A stretch of DNA of 64,000 nt, from the NCBI GenBank assembly GCA_049599475.1, contig JBMYOQ010000016.1:11128-75127 (forward strand), given 5' to 3'. The translations under genes and the position numbers were made by a program. The notes beneath the pieces are model-generated. The model ran no database searches and was not told where the DNA came from. It was given only the letters and a program-made list of their open reading frames with translations. This DNA comes from Opitutales bacterium. GTDB lineage: Bacteria > Verrucomicrobiota > Verrucomicrobiia > Opitutales > JABSRG01. This document shows positions 49,949 to 60,486 of the stretch, in pieces (within the stretch, counting starts at the first letter, position 1; every line of letters begins with the position of its first letter).

Positions 49949-51316
49949 ATGCTCGCCAAGATACATCGCATAGTATGCCGAGACGATTCGTTTCTAAAAC
50001 TACTCTTAGCGATTTGTATTCTATTCGGGGCGGGCTTGTTTCTCTCCCGCATCATCGAAATTCCGTGGCAGAGTGCACTCCGCGGCTGGGACAATAGTTT
50101 CTACTACATGTGGACGCGGTCCTTAATGATCGATGGCGATATAGACTTTGCGAATGAACGGGAAATCAACAACACCATAGCCCCCGCGAATATTGAGAGT
50201 TTCGCAGCGATGGAACCCACTAAGACGGGACTCCTCCCCAACAAATATGGAATCGGCTGGGGGTTATCAGCTATCCCATTTTTCCTAATCGCAGACGGTA
50301 TTGTTTGGGGAGCCAATCTCACAGGACTCACCGAGATTCCGCGCGATGGCTATGGCCCGATATACCAAATTTGCCAACAGCTCGGCCACTTGTGCTACGC
50401 TCTCATAGGCCTGTATTGCGCATACAAAATTTGCCTGTGCTTCTTTCCACCACTCCTCAGCAAGATCGGAATTCTCGGAGCCTGGAGCACAAGTATGCTG
50501 CCCTATTACCAGTGCTTAAACCTTAGCATGGCGCACAATTTAACATTCACATATACCGCCATCTGCTACCTCGCATCGCTACGCTTGCTCGATGATACTA
50601 CCTCATACCGCAAGCGTTGGATCGCCCTGCTTTGGTTTTCCAGCGGCATGCTCGTAGTCACGCGATTTCAGGCTGCGGTGTATTTGATTTTTCCTGCATA
50701 TGTAATTTTAAAGGGCTTGATAGCGAGGAAAGATATCACCTCGACCTGCGCTCTCTTCACCTTAGCCCTGGCACCCGTCATCACACAGCTAATCGCCTGG
50801 AAAATTATCTACGGCAGCTTTCTGATCAACACATATGCGCACAACGAAGAGGGGTTTTATTGGAGCACTCCCGCGCTGCTAGAAGTCTTATTTTCCCCAA
50901 ATCATGGCCTCTTTTACTGGCATCCCGTTCTGCTGATAGGCCTAGCGGGATTCATAGTGTTTTCTAAGCACCAAAAGGAAATCGGCATAGCCTGGCTTAT
51001 TAGCCTCGGCGCCACCTATTATGTGAATGCATCTTGGTGGTGCTGGTGGCTCGGCTCATCGTTTGGCCTCCGAAACTTCGAAGCTTCTGTGCTCTTTTTC
51101 ATGGTCGGCTTTTCCTACTTTCTCAACAGTATCCGGTCTCGTGAGTCCTATTGGGTCGCTGCGAAATACGGCCTCCTTGTATTCACTCTATGGAACATTA
51201 ATATCTGCGTCCTCTATTCAGCTGATGCTATCAGCCGAAATAGCGCAGTAAGCTGGTTTGAAATGCTGGAAGCGACCGCGACCTTCTACCCTTCGATACT
51301 GACACGTGTGTTCTAG
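49949..51316 (+). CDS. Polytopic membrane protein, probable GT-C glycosyltransferase
   Basis: D-x3-YY...RSL...DGDIDF first-loop motif, about 11 TM helices, HGLFYWHP and FGLR. Confidence 0.65.
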   Translation: MLAKIHRIVCRDDSFLKLLLAICILFGAGLFLSRIIEIPWQSALRGWDNSFYYMWTRSLMIDGDIDFANEREINNTIAPANIESFAAMEPTKTGLLPNKYGIGWGLSAIPFFLIADGIVWGANLTGLTEIPRDGYGPIYQICQQLGHLCYALIGLYCAYKICLCFFPPLLSKIGILGAWSTSMLPYYQCLNLSMAHNLTFTYTAICYLASLRLLDDTTSYRKRWIALLWFSSGMLVVTRFQAAVYLIFPAYVILKGLIARKDITSTCALFTLALAPVITQLIAWKIIYGSFLINTYAHNEEGFYWSTPALLEVLFSPNHGLFYWHPVLLIGLAGFIVFSKHQKEIGIAWLISLGATYYVNASWWCWWLGSSFGLRNFEASVLFFMVGFSYFLNSIRSRESYWVAAKYGLLVFTLWNINICVLYSADAISRNSAVSWFEMLEATATFYPSILTRVF

Positions 51317-51352
51317 CGACTCTGGCTTATTCAATATCCAAGGGCTACCCGA

Positions 51353-52777
51353 TTATTTTCCCGAAACACCGGCCTCGTAGTCGGTATCATCGAAGAAACC
51401 AGCGATGCGGTAGACCTGGGTATTGATCTCTTTCATTTGATCTGTGAGTTCGGTGTAGAGTTCATATTTATAATTAATGATACCCTTGTTGGAGTTGGTG
51501 TTCGAAGGGTCGACCTTCGTGTTTTTCATATCGTTATCTCCGTAACGAAACCAGTGCCACCCCACGCTATTGCGGGCTGCCAGTAGATTGAGCACCATGT
51601 TTTGGTAGTAGTAGCCCCGGTACTTTTGACCTTTAGTCATCCAGCCAGCCCCTGCCTCATTGGTAAGATGGGGCGTATCGAGGCCTTTCGCATACCACTC
51701 TGAGATGATAAACGGACGATCCACCCACTCTGCCCAGCTAGCCATGAGATCTGCGGGCAGCATCCAGGGGCCGTAGTAGTTGAAAGTCATGACATCGGCG
51801 TGTTTCGCATAAGCTTTTACGGCATCCTCAACACGGAATACCCGGATCATACGATGGCCCAGATATAGGTGATTGGGGTCATACTTCTTGATAGCGCCAC
51901 TGACGATGCGTCCGTATGTCTCGATGACATATCCGAGGAATGCATTTTTGTCGGCATCGTCCGCATCCGCGATCGTCACGGAGTCTTTCCCTTTCCTCTT
52001 TGCTAACCATGAATGAGCGGAAACATAGCCCGGATCTGCCGGATCGAGCGCGAGATATTGCTCTAAGTTTGTGGTGCGCAAAGGCATCTCATTGTCAGAG
52101 AAATGTCCCAACAAATAGGGGTCGTCCTTGGTAGCCGCAAAGCGCTTGGCATACTCGTCCGCAAATTCAGCAAATTCAGGATCGAAGACGGGGATGACTC
52201 CGGCCTTGTAGCTGTTATTCCCTGTCCCCATCTGAGCGATGCCTCGCTGCCTGGCGTATGTCCCCATAAAGGAGGTTTTAGTGACGTAAACGAGCGGATT
52301 CGCGGTCGGACGAATGATATCGTTTTTCGACCAAGCTGCGGCTCCGTTGAATCCAAGATCCCACATCTGCTCTGTCGCGGCTTCCGCCCAGACTGCGTCA
52401 GACCCGAATTTCTCTTCAAAATATGGCGTAAAACTCGGACTGCTCTTGTGCGTCGCGATTGCACATACCGCTTTGTGAATAAATAGGTGTCCTTCGGGAT
52501 CTATCAGCCACCAGCGCCCCTTGTGCTTCTGAGTGCGGAAGAACCCAGTCGCCTCAAACTCGCTAGACGCGATGCCTCCAAATTTGCTGTAGGCCTCATC
52601 CTTGCCTTCTACATATCCATCCAGCTGCTTGATGGTGTAAGTTTCTGTAGGCTTCCATTCTTGCGAAAGGCGTTTCCGTGAATCGACAAAGATCGGCTCG
52701 GTCGTCTTGGGGATGGCGTTTTGGGCAGCAGCGCTTGTCACTAGGGCAAGCGCCAAGAATGCGTAGAGATTTCGCAT
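51353..52777 (-). CDS. Secreted clan GH-A glycoside hydrolase, GH50/beta-agarase-like
   Basis: Signal peptide; ATGFFRTQK...WWLIDPEG, FSDNE (acid/base), IISEW (nucleophile) and VGWHWF. Confidence 0.72.
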   Translation of the reverse strand: MRNLYAFLALALVTSAAAQNAIPKTTEPIFVDSRKRLSQEWKPTETYTIKQLDGYVEGKDEAYSKFGGIASSEFEATGFFRTQKHKGRWWLIDPEGHLFIHKAVCAIATHKSSPSFTPYFEEKFGSDAVWAEAATEQMWDLGFNGAAAWSKNDIIRPTANPLVYVTKTSFMGTYARQRGIAQMGTGNNSYKAGVIPVFDPEFAEFADEYAKRFAATKDDPYLLGHFSDNEMPLRTTNLEQYLALDPADPGYVSAHSWLAKRKGKDSVTIADADDADKNAFLGYVIETYGRIVSGAIKKYDPNHLYLGHRMIRVFRVEDAVKAYAKHADVMTFNYYGPWMLPADLMASWAEWVDRPFIISEWYAKGLDTPHLTNEAGAGWMTKGQKYRGYYYQNMVLNLLAARNSVGWHWFRYGDNDMKNTKVDPSNTNSNKGIINYKYELYTELTDQMKEINTQVYRIAGFFDDTDYEAGVSGK

Positions 52778-52911
52778 GATTGAGGGAATTCGGTTCTTAT
52801 GGGTGATTGGGTGTGAGACCTTCACTATAAAACCCCGCTTTTGTAGAATCGTTTAATCAAATAACAAAGTCGGCCGGTTTTTCGATCCAGCCAAGAACAC
52901 CCAGAGTCCCC

Positions 52912-53997
52912 CTACGCGCTTTTCAAACTGGGGTCTGTCGTCCCACGATTCACACGGGAAGCACTCTTCTTTTTATCCGCTTGAAACTTCTTTTTCGCGA
53001 GTTCGCGCATGTCGATCGCGACATCGTCATCCTCGAAAATCTCCTGCCCCAGCAAGGCTTCGATAATATCCTCCATGGTAATCACACCTGCCACAGAGCC
53101 ATATTCGTCCACCGAGACAGCCAGCTGCTGGTGGTTTTTCAAAAAGACCTGCAGCGCATCAGCTGCTGAAGCATTTTCAGGAATAATGAGAACATCTTGG
53201 CGCAGTTCACTGATCGGGCGGTCATACTCATCGCGAGCCATCGCAGCCAACAGGTCGCGACGCCGCACAACTCCGGTGATGCCGTCGATGTTGTCATTGT
53301 AAACCGGCAAACGGGCAAAAGGGATGTTTTTAAAATCCTTGAAGACCTCCCCAACCGTCGACGTCTCATCGAGCGCGGTAACGACGGTCCGCGGGGTCAT
53401 CAAATCTTCGACAGGGATAGTGTCCAAGCTCAAGGCATTGGAAATCATATCCTGCTCGCCCAAGGTGATCTCCCCTTCTTCGGCGCTCTTGCGAGCCATC
53501 ATGATGATATCTTCATCAGAGGTTTCGGCATCTGCTTGCTTGCCGCCCGAGATCACTTTCACAGCCAAACTCGCCAGTCTCGAGATAGGCCACATGGTAA
53601 CACGGATGACGAGCAGCGGATAGACCAAGTAGGGCTGCAGCGCTGGACGGTAGAGGACCCCGATATTCTTCGGTAGAATCTCCGAGAACACCAAGATAGA
53701 AACCGTCATGAGCAGCGTATATAAATTCGCATTCCCGCCCTGAAATGCATTCGCAAATAGCACACCCGCATAGGATGCACCTGCGGTGTTAGCGATCGTA
53801 TTCAGACTGAGGATAGCAGAGGACGTCTCCTCGATTTCACGACGAAACTTTTCGAGCATTTCCCCGCGCTTGGGTGCCTTTTTCTTGAGACTTTCAATCT
53901 CCGTAGGCGACGTGCTTAAAATAAATGCTTCCAGCAGAGAACATAGGGCGGAGGCCACTATGGTGAAAGCGACTGCTGCATAAAACGTTGCGATCAT
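52912..53997 (-). CDS. CNNM/DUF21 + CBS-pair protein (CorB/TlyC-like)
   Basis: SLLEA, ILSLNTIAN, SEILPK, MTPR and VDEYGSVAGVITMEDIIE motifs. Confidence 0.9.
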   Translation of the reverse strand: MIATFYAAVAFTIVASALCSLLEAFILSTSPTEIESLKKKAPKRGEMLEKFRREIEETSSAILSLNTIANTAGASYAGVLFANAFQGGNANLYTLLMTVSILVFSEILPKNIGVLYRPALQPYLVYPLLVIRVTMWPISRLASLAVKVISGGKQADAETSDEDIIMMARKSAEEGEITLGEQDMISNALSLDTIPVEDLMTPRTVVTALDETSTVGEVFKDFKNIPFARLPVYNDNIDGITGVVRRRDLLAAMARDEYDRPISELRQDVLIIPENASAADALQVFLKNHQQLAVSVDEYGSVAGVITMEDIIEALLGQEIFEDDDVAIDMRELAKKKFQADKKKSASRVNRGTTDPSLKSA

Positions 53998-54377
53998 CGG
54001 CGGGCACTTGTTTGCAGAAACCAGCACACGCCGCACCTACTCAAAGGGTCATCATCCGACCCGCTTGAGAACTCTTCCTTCCGATGAGAAACGGTAGCGT
54101 TCATTCTGCAGACAAGTGGAGATTTTTTAGAAAAATGAGAGGTCGGAAGCATCTCCTGGTTATCCCGACTTCAGGTATATGGACGGATCCTCTGCACTGG
54201 CTGAAGAACCCGAGGGATGGGAGAGCGTGCCATCTATCCGAATAAAGGCAAGAAACAGATGACACAAAACGCCCACAAATTCACAGTCGGATGCAATAAA
54301 GGCAGCTAAACTCTTGACCTTGAAAAAATTTTTAAAGTTGATCGTGGGCTCTCAACTATCTCTACTCCCCAGTTGTT

Positions 54378-54893
54378 ATGTCTTCTCTACCCCGCCTCTT
54401 CATCGTTTGCCTCGTAGCCCTGTTTGCATTCTCTGGCTGTGAAACAGTCCAAAGTGCCTTCCGTTCAGGCCTACCACAATCCGTCACGATCGACTCCGTG
54501 CCCTCAAACGCAGATGTCTACGTAAATGGAGCCCACCTCGGGACGACTCCCGTGACGACCGAACTGCCTCGCAAAGTAACACACGAGGTTATGGTCAAAA
54601 AAGACGGCTACGTCGTACAGCGTGAATTCTTCACACCTACTCGCAATGAGAAGAGTCACGATTTCATCCGCTTCGGTCTCATGGAAGATCTCGGACTCTA
54701 CTTCGACCTCACTCCGACCGATATGCTTTCCCAAATGCGCCACTCCCTCGTTCCAATCGTGGCGTCCAATGAACCTTTCGAAGAAATGGCATACCGTGTA
54801 ATGCTGGCAGACGCACTGCTCGACTCTGGCGCAATCTCTCGCTCAGAGCACAGCACAATCTACCAAGAGCTCGTCAGCTTCTACGCAAACTAA
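54378..54893 (+). CDS. PEGA-domain lipoprotein
   Basis: Lipobox FSGC; IDSVPSNADVYVNG...GTTP...KKDGY PEGA pattern. Confidence 0.82.
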   Translation: MSSLPRLFIVCLVALFAFSGCETVQSAFRSGLPQSVTIDSVPSNADVYVNGAHLGTTPVTTELPRKVTHEVMVKKDGYVVQREFFTPTRNEKSHDFIRFGLMEDLGLYFDLTPTDMLSQMRHSLVPIVASNEPFEEMAYRVMLADALLDSGAISRSEHSTIYQELVSFYAN

Positions 54894-54905
54894 CTGACAC
54901 TCTTT

Positions 54906-55292
54906 ATGAGCGAAATCCCTACCGAGCTTAAATATACAAAAGACCACGAGTGGCTGCGCATCGAAAGCGATGGCACCACAGCTACAGTAGGGATTACCGC
55001 TTACGCCCAAGAGAGCTTGGGTGACATCACTTACGTAGAGCTGCCAGGAGAAGGCGATAGCCTCGATGCAGGCGACACCTTCGGCGCGGTGGAATCAGTA
55101 AAAGCCGCTTCAGACCTTTACGCCCCCGCCACCGGCACCGTTTCCGCAGTCAACGAAGAGCTCGAGAGCGCTCCTGAGCTGATCAACGACGACCCTTTCG
55201 GGACCGGATGGATCATCAAGATCACCCTAGACGAAGGCGCTGATCTATCCGAGCTCTTGGACGCAGACGCCTACAAAGCTATTACTGCATAA
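54906..55292 (+). CDS. gcvH: Glycine cleavage system H protein
   Basis: YTKDHEW, GITAYAQ, lipoyl-Lys VESVKAASD and NDDPFGTGW. Confidence 0.96.
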   Translation: MSEIPTELKYTKDHEWLRIESDGTTATVGITAYAQESLGDITYVELPGEGDSLDAGDTFGAVESVKAASDLYAPATGTVSAVNEELESAPELINDDPFGTGWIIKITLDEGADLSELLDADAYKAITA

Positions 55293-55546
55293 GACCGCCA
55301 CACGGTCTCCCCGCGAGGCACGGGTCTCATAATTTAAAGTTAGATAGTCCCAGGAGACCATCGTCTCGGTAGGGCAAAATCGGACCATAGCACCCCGAGG
55401 AATTTCAGGGAACAGCCTCTACTCCGCCTCTCAGCTTATTCAGTTAAGATTATAACTGGGCCGAACTAAAACACCCTTAAAGCATTGGGCTTGCGTTTTA
55501 GCGGCACAAACGCTTGCTTCGGCGGTTTTCACTTCGAAAACCACAC

Positions 55547-55855
55547 ATGAACACACTTATCTTTCTAGCCCAAGCTGCACCTGGACAGGGAGCTCCAAAC
55601 CCGCTTCTCCAGTTCATGCCGATGATCGTCATCTTCGCGGCGATGTATTTCTTGATGATCGCTCCTCAGCGCAAAAAGCAAAAGGAGCACCAACAAATGC
55701 TCACTGAGCTTAAAGTCGGCGACAAAGTCATCACCAATGCAGGTATTTATGGAGCGATCACCTCCGTGAAGGACGACCGTTTCGTCATCCAAATCGCAGA
55801 GGCTACCAAGATCGAAATCGCTAAGCAGTCGATTCAAAGCAAAAACAATTCATAA
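55547..55855 (+). CDS. yajC: Preprotein translocase subunit YajC
   Basis: YFLMIAPQRKKQKEH...LKVGDKVITNAGIYG; upstream of secDF. Confidence 0.95.
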   Translation: MNTLIFLAQAAPGQGAPNPLLQFMPMIVIFAAMYFLMIAPQRKKQKEHQQMLTELKVGDKVITNAGIYGAITSVKDDRFVIQIAEATKIEIAKQSIQSKNNS

Positions 55856-55915
55856 CCGGTTTCGAAGGAAGGCCCTTCGCTCCCATTTCCATTCCAGCCC
55901 TAAACCCAAAACAAC

Positions 55916-58495
55916 ATGTCAGGAAGAGTCCTGTGGAAATTTGCCATCACCATCATCGTTTTTGCATGGTCGATCGCATCTGTAACCCCAATTGAAGACA
56001 GCCCATTCGCCGAATACGTTCGCGCGGAAGCAACGGCTGATGTCGAGGAACTGGACGCCCTCCTAGCGCGGGCGGACGATGTGGTTGCTGAGGGTAATGC
56101 TTCTTCGGCCTACATGGCTCTGGGAAACATCGTCGACGCCGAGTCGATCGACCTCTCAAAATATTTCCCGGAAATACCAGTAGCAGACATCGCCAACCTT
56201 GAGACTCGCAACAGCGTGCTCATGCGCGAATTGCTGAAACGCTCGAAGGGCAAATTGAGACTTGGCCTAGACTTGATCGGTGGTCTTTCGGTAACCTTCC
56301 GCCTGGATAGTGAAGGCGATGGCGCCTCTGGGGACATTGGCCAAGAACAACAGCTCAATAAAGCTGTAGAAATTCTCCGCAAACGTCTCGACGGCAGCGG
56401 TGTTGCCGAACCCCTAATCCGTGTTCGCGGCACTCAGCACATCGAGGTTCAGTTACCCGGCGAAGATACTCAGAACAATCCAGACATTGTAGACACGCTC
56501 AAGGCACCCGCACGCCTCGAGTTTCGCGTGGTTCACCGCGACCAAATACGTGGCATGATCTCGCCGATCACGACTCCACCTTCACAACACCCAGCGGGCT
56601 ACGAAGTGCTCACAGTTGAGCGCCAGGACAGTCAGAGCGGCCAAGTATTTCAGAACGCCTATTTCGTAAAACGCATTCCTGAGGCGAAGGGCGATATCAT
56701 CAAGGAAGCATTTGCCTCACAAGACCCGACCACCGGAGCATGGATGGTCCAGCTGAGCATGACTGGCGAGGGTGCTGATGAACTTTTCGACGTAACGACC
56801 CGTATCGTAAACGAAGACCGTCAAACGGGAGCACAGCAACCTCTCGCGATCGTCCTCGACGGCGAGCTTTACAGTGCACCTGTGATCAATGAGCCGCTCT
56901 CAAACAGCGCTCAAATTACCGGAGACTTTTCACAGCGCGAAGCTTTCGAATTGGCCAATGTGTTGAACAACCCATTGGACGTTCCATTGATCGAAGACGA
57001 GATCTATGAAGTCGGACCCACCCTCGCTAAGGATGCTCAAGAAAACAGTAAGCAGGCTATGATGTGGGGAGCCTGCCTCGTGATCGCCTTCATGATCATT
57101 TACTACTGGGTCGGTGGAACCGTGGCCGTGATTTCTGGAATTATCAACGTGCTCCTCGTTCTCGGCGTCATGGCGAGCTTCGAGGCAACACTCACACTAC
57201 CCGGCGTAGCAGCCCTCGTATTGACCCTGGGTATGGGCGTGGACGCGAACATCCTGATCTTTGAGCGTATTCGCGAAGAGCTGTCCGAAGGAAAGAGCCT
57301 GAAAGCCGCGCTCCAGAGCGGTTTTGACAAGGCGCTTTCGACCATTCTTGACGCCAATATCACGACTCTCATCACGGCAGGTATTCTAATCTGGCTCGGA
57401 ACCGGTCCTGTAAAGGGCTTCGGTATCACGCTCGCAATCGGTATTTTCGCCTCAGTGATCGCGGCATTGATCGTATCGCGCGGCTTCCTCGAATTCCTCG
57501 TTGAGAAGAATATCGCCCGCCAAGTCCTCGGTTTCCCTAGCCTTCCTATCCGCAAGGTCGCGTTTCTCAACTACCGCAAGATTGCATTCATCGGCTCCTG
57601 GGCTCTGGTAATCGCAGGTATCGCATTCACCGTGATGCGCTCGAATGAGATTCTCGGGGTCGATTTCCGCGGGGGGGATGAAACCAGCATCAAAACGAAT
57701 ATCGAGCTCAGCAGTGAGCAGATCGAGCAAGTCGCCGCAGCCAATGATTTCCAAGAGGTCGTTCCTGTTTTCCAAACTGAAATTGGCACTGGTCTCGACC
57801 TCATCAAACTGCAGACCCGCGAAGGTACTGGACAAGATTTCGTAGCGGCGCTCAAGGCCGCCTACCCGGATGCGGGGATCGAGGTACTTGGCGTCACCAC
57901 AATCGGAAGCTCTGTCACTGAAGAGATCCAAAAGAACGCTTTTTACTCCGTACTCGCAGCCCTCGGAGGTATCCTCATCTACGTCGCATTGCGCTTTGAG
58001 TTTGGATACGGCATGGGCGCCGTCGTTGCGACCGTCCACGACGTCCTCATGACAGTCGGACTCTTCGTCATCTTCGGAGGGCAATTCTCAGCTCCGATGC
58101 TCGCGGCGATTCTGATGATCGTAGGTTACTCGATCAATGACACCATCGTCGTGTTCGACCGTATCCGTGAAGAACTCGGCCTCGACCCCGATTCTTCGCT
58201 GAAGGATATTGTCCACAAATCGATAAACCGCGTTCTGTCTCGAACCATTTGGACCAGTTTGACCACCTTGCTTGCCGCGGGAACTCTCTGGATCTTCGGC
58301 GCCGGCGTCATCCAAGACTTCGCGAAAATTTTCGTATTCGGTATCATTACCGGAACCTTCTCTTCGATCTTCATCGCGACTCCAGTCTTCTTCTGGTGGC
58401 ACAAGGGCGACCGCAAGCATGTCGAAGCCGGAGAAACACCGCTCCGCCGCTACGAGTGGGAAGTCTCCACGAAGGAATCTCGCGGAGAAGCCTAA
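55916..58495 (+). CDS. secDF: Fused protein translocase subunit SecDF
   Basis: LGLDLIGG, VDANILIFERIREE, GVDFRGG and GYSINDTIVVFDRIRE in a single ORF. Confidence 0.95.
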   Translation: MSGRVLWKFAITIIVFAWSIASVTPIEDSPFAEYVRAEATADVEELDALLARADDVVAEGNASSAYMALGNIVDAESIDLSKYFPEIPVADIANLETRNSVLMRELLKRSKGKLRLGLDLIGGLSVTFRLDSEGDGASGDIGQEQQLNKAVEILRKRLDGSGVAEPLIRVRGTQHIEVQLPGEDTQNNPDIVDTLKAPARLEFRVVHRDQIRGMISPITTPPSQHPAGYEVLTVERQDSQSGQVFQNAYFVKRIPEAKGDIIKEAFASQDPTTGAWMVQLSMTGEGADELFDVTTRIVNEDRQTGAQQPLAIVLDGELYSAPVINEPLSNSAQITGDFSQREAFELANVLNNPLDVPLIEDEIYEVGPTLAKDAQENSKQAMMWGACLVIAFMIIYYWVGGTVAVISGIINVLLVLGVMASFEATLTLPGVAALVLTLGMGVDANILIFERIREELSEGKSLKAALQSGFDKALSTILDANITTLITAGILIWLGTGPVKGFGITLAIGIFASVIAALIVSRGFLEFLVEKNIARQVLGFPSLPIRKVAFLNYRKIAFIGSWALVIAGIAFTVMRSNEILGVDFRGGDETSIKTNIELSSEQIEQVAAANDFQEVVPVFQTEIGTGLDLIKLQTREGTGQDFVAALKAAYPDAGIEVLGVTTIGSSVTEEIQKNAFYSVLAALGGILIYVALRFEFGYGMGAVVATVHDVLMTVGLFVIFGGQFSAPMLAAILMIVGYSINDTIVVFDRIREELGLDPDSSLKDIVHKSINRVLSRTIWTSLTTLLAAGTLWIFGAGVIQDFAKIFVFGIITGTFSSIFIATPVFFWWHKGDRKHVEAGETPLRRYEWEVSTKESRGEA

Positions 58496-58516
58496 ACCAA
58501 ACACACTGACTTTTCC

Positions 58517-58583
58517 CGGCTCACCGAGGACGGTTCGCCCCACCAAAGATTTTCCTGGTAGGGCGAACCGTCTCGGTGAGCCG
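58517..58583. repeat. REP doublet (REPIN-like hairpin) between secDF and recJ
   Basis: CGGCTCACCGAGGACGGTTCGCCCCACC ... GGTAGGGCGAACCGTCTCGGTGAGCCG, inverted with a 12-bp spacer. Confidence 0.8.
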
Positions 58584-58647
58584 CCTCGTTTTTACACGCG
58601 ATCTGCCGATTTCAAAGTCTCCAAACTCTACCGACTTATTACCTTTC

Positions 58648-60378
58648 ATGGATTGGACATTTAAACCGCAGCATAAGGCTCAGGCCAAGAAGCTGTCCCT
58701 GGCCCTCAACATGCACCCTGCGGTGTGCACACGTCTCATCCAAATCAATGAACACTTCTCGGACCCCGCGATCGCAGAGACATTCCTGAAACCACGCCTT
58801 TCCAACCTCGACGACCCTTTCAATATTACAAACCTGCGCGCGGCCGTCGATCGCCTGCATCAGGCCCTGGTCGATAACCAGAAAATCATCGTTTTCGGCG
58901 ATTACGACGTGGACGGCGTTTCGAGCACCACCCTACTCATCAGCATTCTGCGTCGCTTTGGAAATCAGCCCAATTTCTGCATCCCTCTGCGATCCGAGGA
59001 GGGCTATGGCCTGAGCACAAACGCCATCGAGCGTACTCTATCTGAGCATGGGGACCCCGACCTCTTTATAGCTCTCGATTGTGGCACAAATTCAAAGGAA
59101 GAGATTCGCATTTTGAACGAAAAGGGAATCGATACCATTGTCGTCGACCACCACCAATCGACCGAAGACGGACACGCTCCCGGACTGATCGTCAACCCGC
59201 ACCTCTTCGACAGCGATGATGCTCCTTGGAAAAACCTGTGCACCGTCGGCCTCACATTTAAGCTAGTCCACGGACTCATTAAGAAACTGAGACTCCTCGG
59301 GGACGAGTCTGCAGAGCAGATTGACCTGAGACAGTTCTTGGACTTGGTGGCCCTGGGAACAGTCGCCGATCTGGTCCCGTTGACCGCCGAGAACCGCATT
59401 CTCGCCTTCCGCGGATTGAGATCACTCTACCACACCAAACGCTGTGGGATCCATGCCCTCTTCCAAGTGAGCGGAATCGATCTAGCGGAAGTGGATGCCC
59501 TGAGACCTGCCGATGTATCTTTCCGCCTAGGCCCACGCATCAACGCCAGCGGACGCCTTTCAGACGCGACCATTCCTGTGGAAATGCTACTAGGGACCGA
59601 TTATAAGGACTGCGCCCGCGCAGCCGCTCAGCTCGACTCAATGAATCGCGAACGCCAAGCGATCGAGCGTGCAATCACGACTGAGGCGATGAAAGACATT
59701 GAAGAGCGCGACTCCGAAGCCCTCGGAATCGTGACCTACAGCGATGACTGGCATTCAGGGGTAGTTGGCATCGTAGCTAGCCGCGTATCACGCCATTACC
59801 ATCGCCCAGCGATTGTGCTTGGCGAAGACGGAGATATGGCAAAGGGATCTGGGCGCTCGATTCCGGGTATCGATTTGGTAGCGGTTCTCGAAAAATGCGA
59901 CGAGCTGCTCGACCATTGGGGCGGACACCCTATGGCAGTCGGCGTTTCCTTAAAACCAGCCAATGTCGACGCGTTCCGGACACGATTTGCCGAAGCCATT
60001 GCAGAACTCTACCCCAAAGGGCTCCCCGATGCCACGATCGAAGTAGCTGCTAAGATAAATCCAGAAATGGTTTCGGAGGAGTTTGTTGAAGACATTGAGG
60101 AGCTCCAACCCTTTGGCCAGGCCAACCCAGAGCCCGTATTCGCGATCGGCCCAATCACGCTGCAGATGCCTCCAAGAACTTTCGGAAAAGGCCATGTGCG
60201 CTTTCAATTTGTCCAGGAATCCGGTGAGAAGATCGCCTGTATCGGCTGGAATCAGAGCCACAAGGTGCCACCCATCCGTAAACCTATCGATATCGTAGCC
60301 CAGGTCGGCTGGAACGTATGGAACGGCGAACGCAACGTGCAGGCAACCGTCCTCGATTGGCGTTTTGCTCAATCTTGA
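58648..60378 (+). CDS. recJ: ssDNA-specific exonuclease RecJ
   Basis: GDYDVDG, DCG, DHH, GTVADLVPL, PRINASGR and GGHPMAVG motifs. Confidence 0.96.
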   Translation: MDWTFKPQHKAQAKKLSLALNMHPAVCTRLIQINEHFSDPAIAETFLKPRLSNLDDPFNITNLRAAVDRLHQALVDNQKIIVFGDYDVDGVSSTTLLISILRRFGNQPNFCIPLRSEEGYGLSTNAIERTLSEHGDPDLFIALDCGTNSKEEIRILNEKGIDTIVVDHHQSTEDGHAPGLIVNPHLFDSDDAPWKNLCTVGLTFKLVHGLIKKLRLLGDESAEQIDLRQFLDLVALGTVADLVPLTAENRILAFRGLRSLYHTKRCGIHALFQVSGIDLAEVDALRPADVSFRLGPRINASGRLSDATIPVEMLLGTDYKDCARAAAQLDSMNRERQAIERAITTEAMKDIEERDSEALGIVTYSDDWHSGVVGIVASRVSRHYHRPAIVLGEDGDMAKGSGRSIPGIDLVAVLEKCDELLDHWGGHPMAVGVSLKPANVDAFRTRFAEAIAELYPKGLPDATIEVAAKINPEMVSEEFVEDIEELQPFGQANPEPVFAIGPITLQMPPRTFGKGHVRFQFVQESGEKIACIGWNQSHKVPPIRKPIDIVAQVGWNVWNGERNVQATVLDWRFAQS

Positions 60379-60486
60379 TCGGCAGCGTTAAGGCAAACCC
60401 ATAACGCGCTGCCAAAATGCCCCTTTCAAACTCCCTCCACGCAATTTTCCTTTGTCTTCTATCCCTGTGTCTGAATTCACTAGGGG

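Noticed and set aside
54037..54377. Possible glycine riboswitch upstream of the PEGA-gcvH genes
   Set aside because: GGAGAG...CCGAA fragments are present, but the CUCUCAGG core and the pairing are missing.
55293..55546. Short inverted matches (GGTCTCC/GGAGACC, GGTAGGGC) after gcvH
   Set aside because: Too short or degenerate to call a REP or ncRNA.
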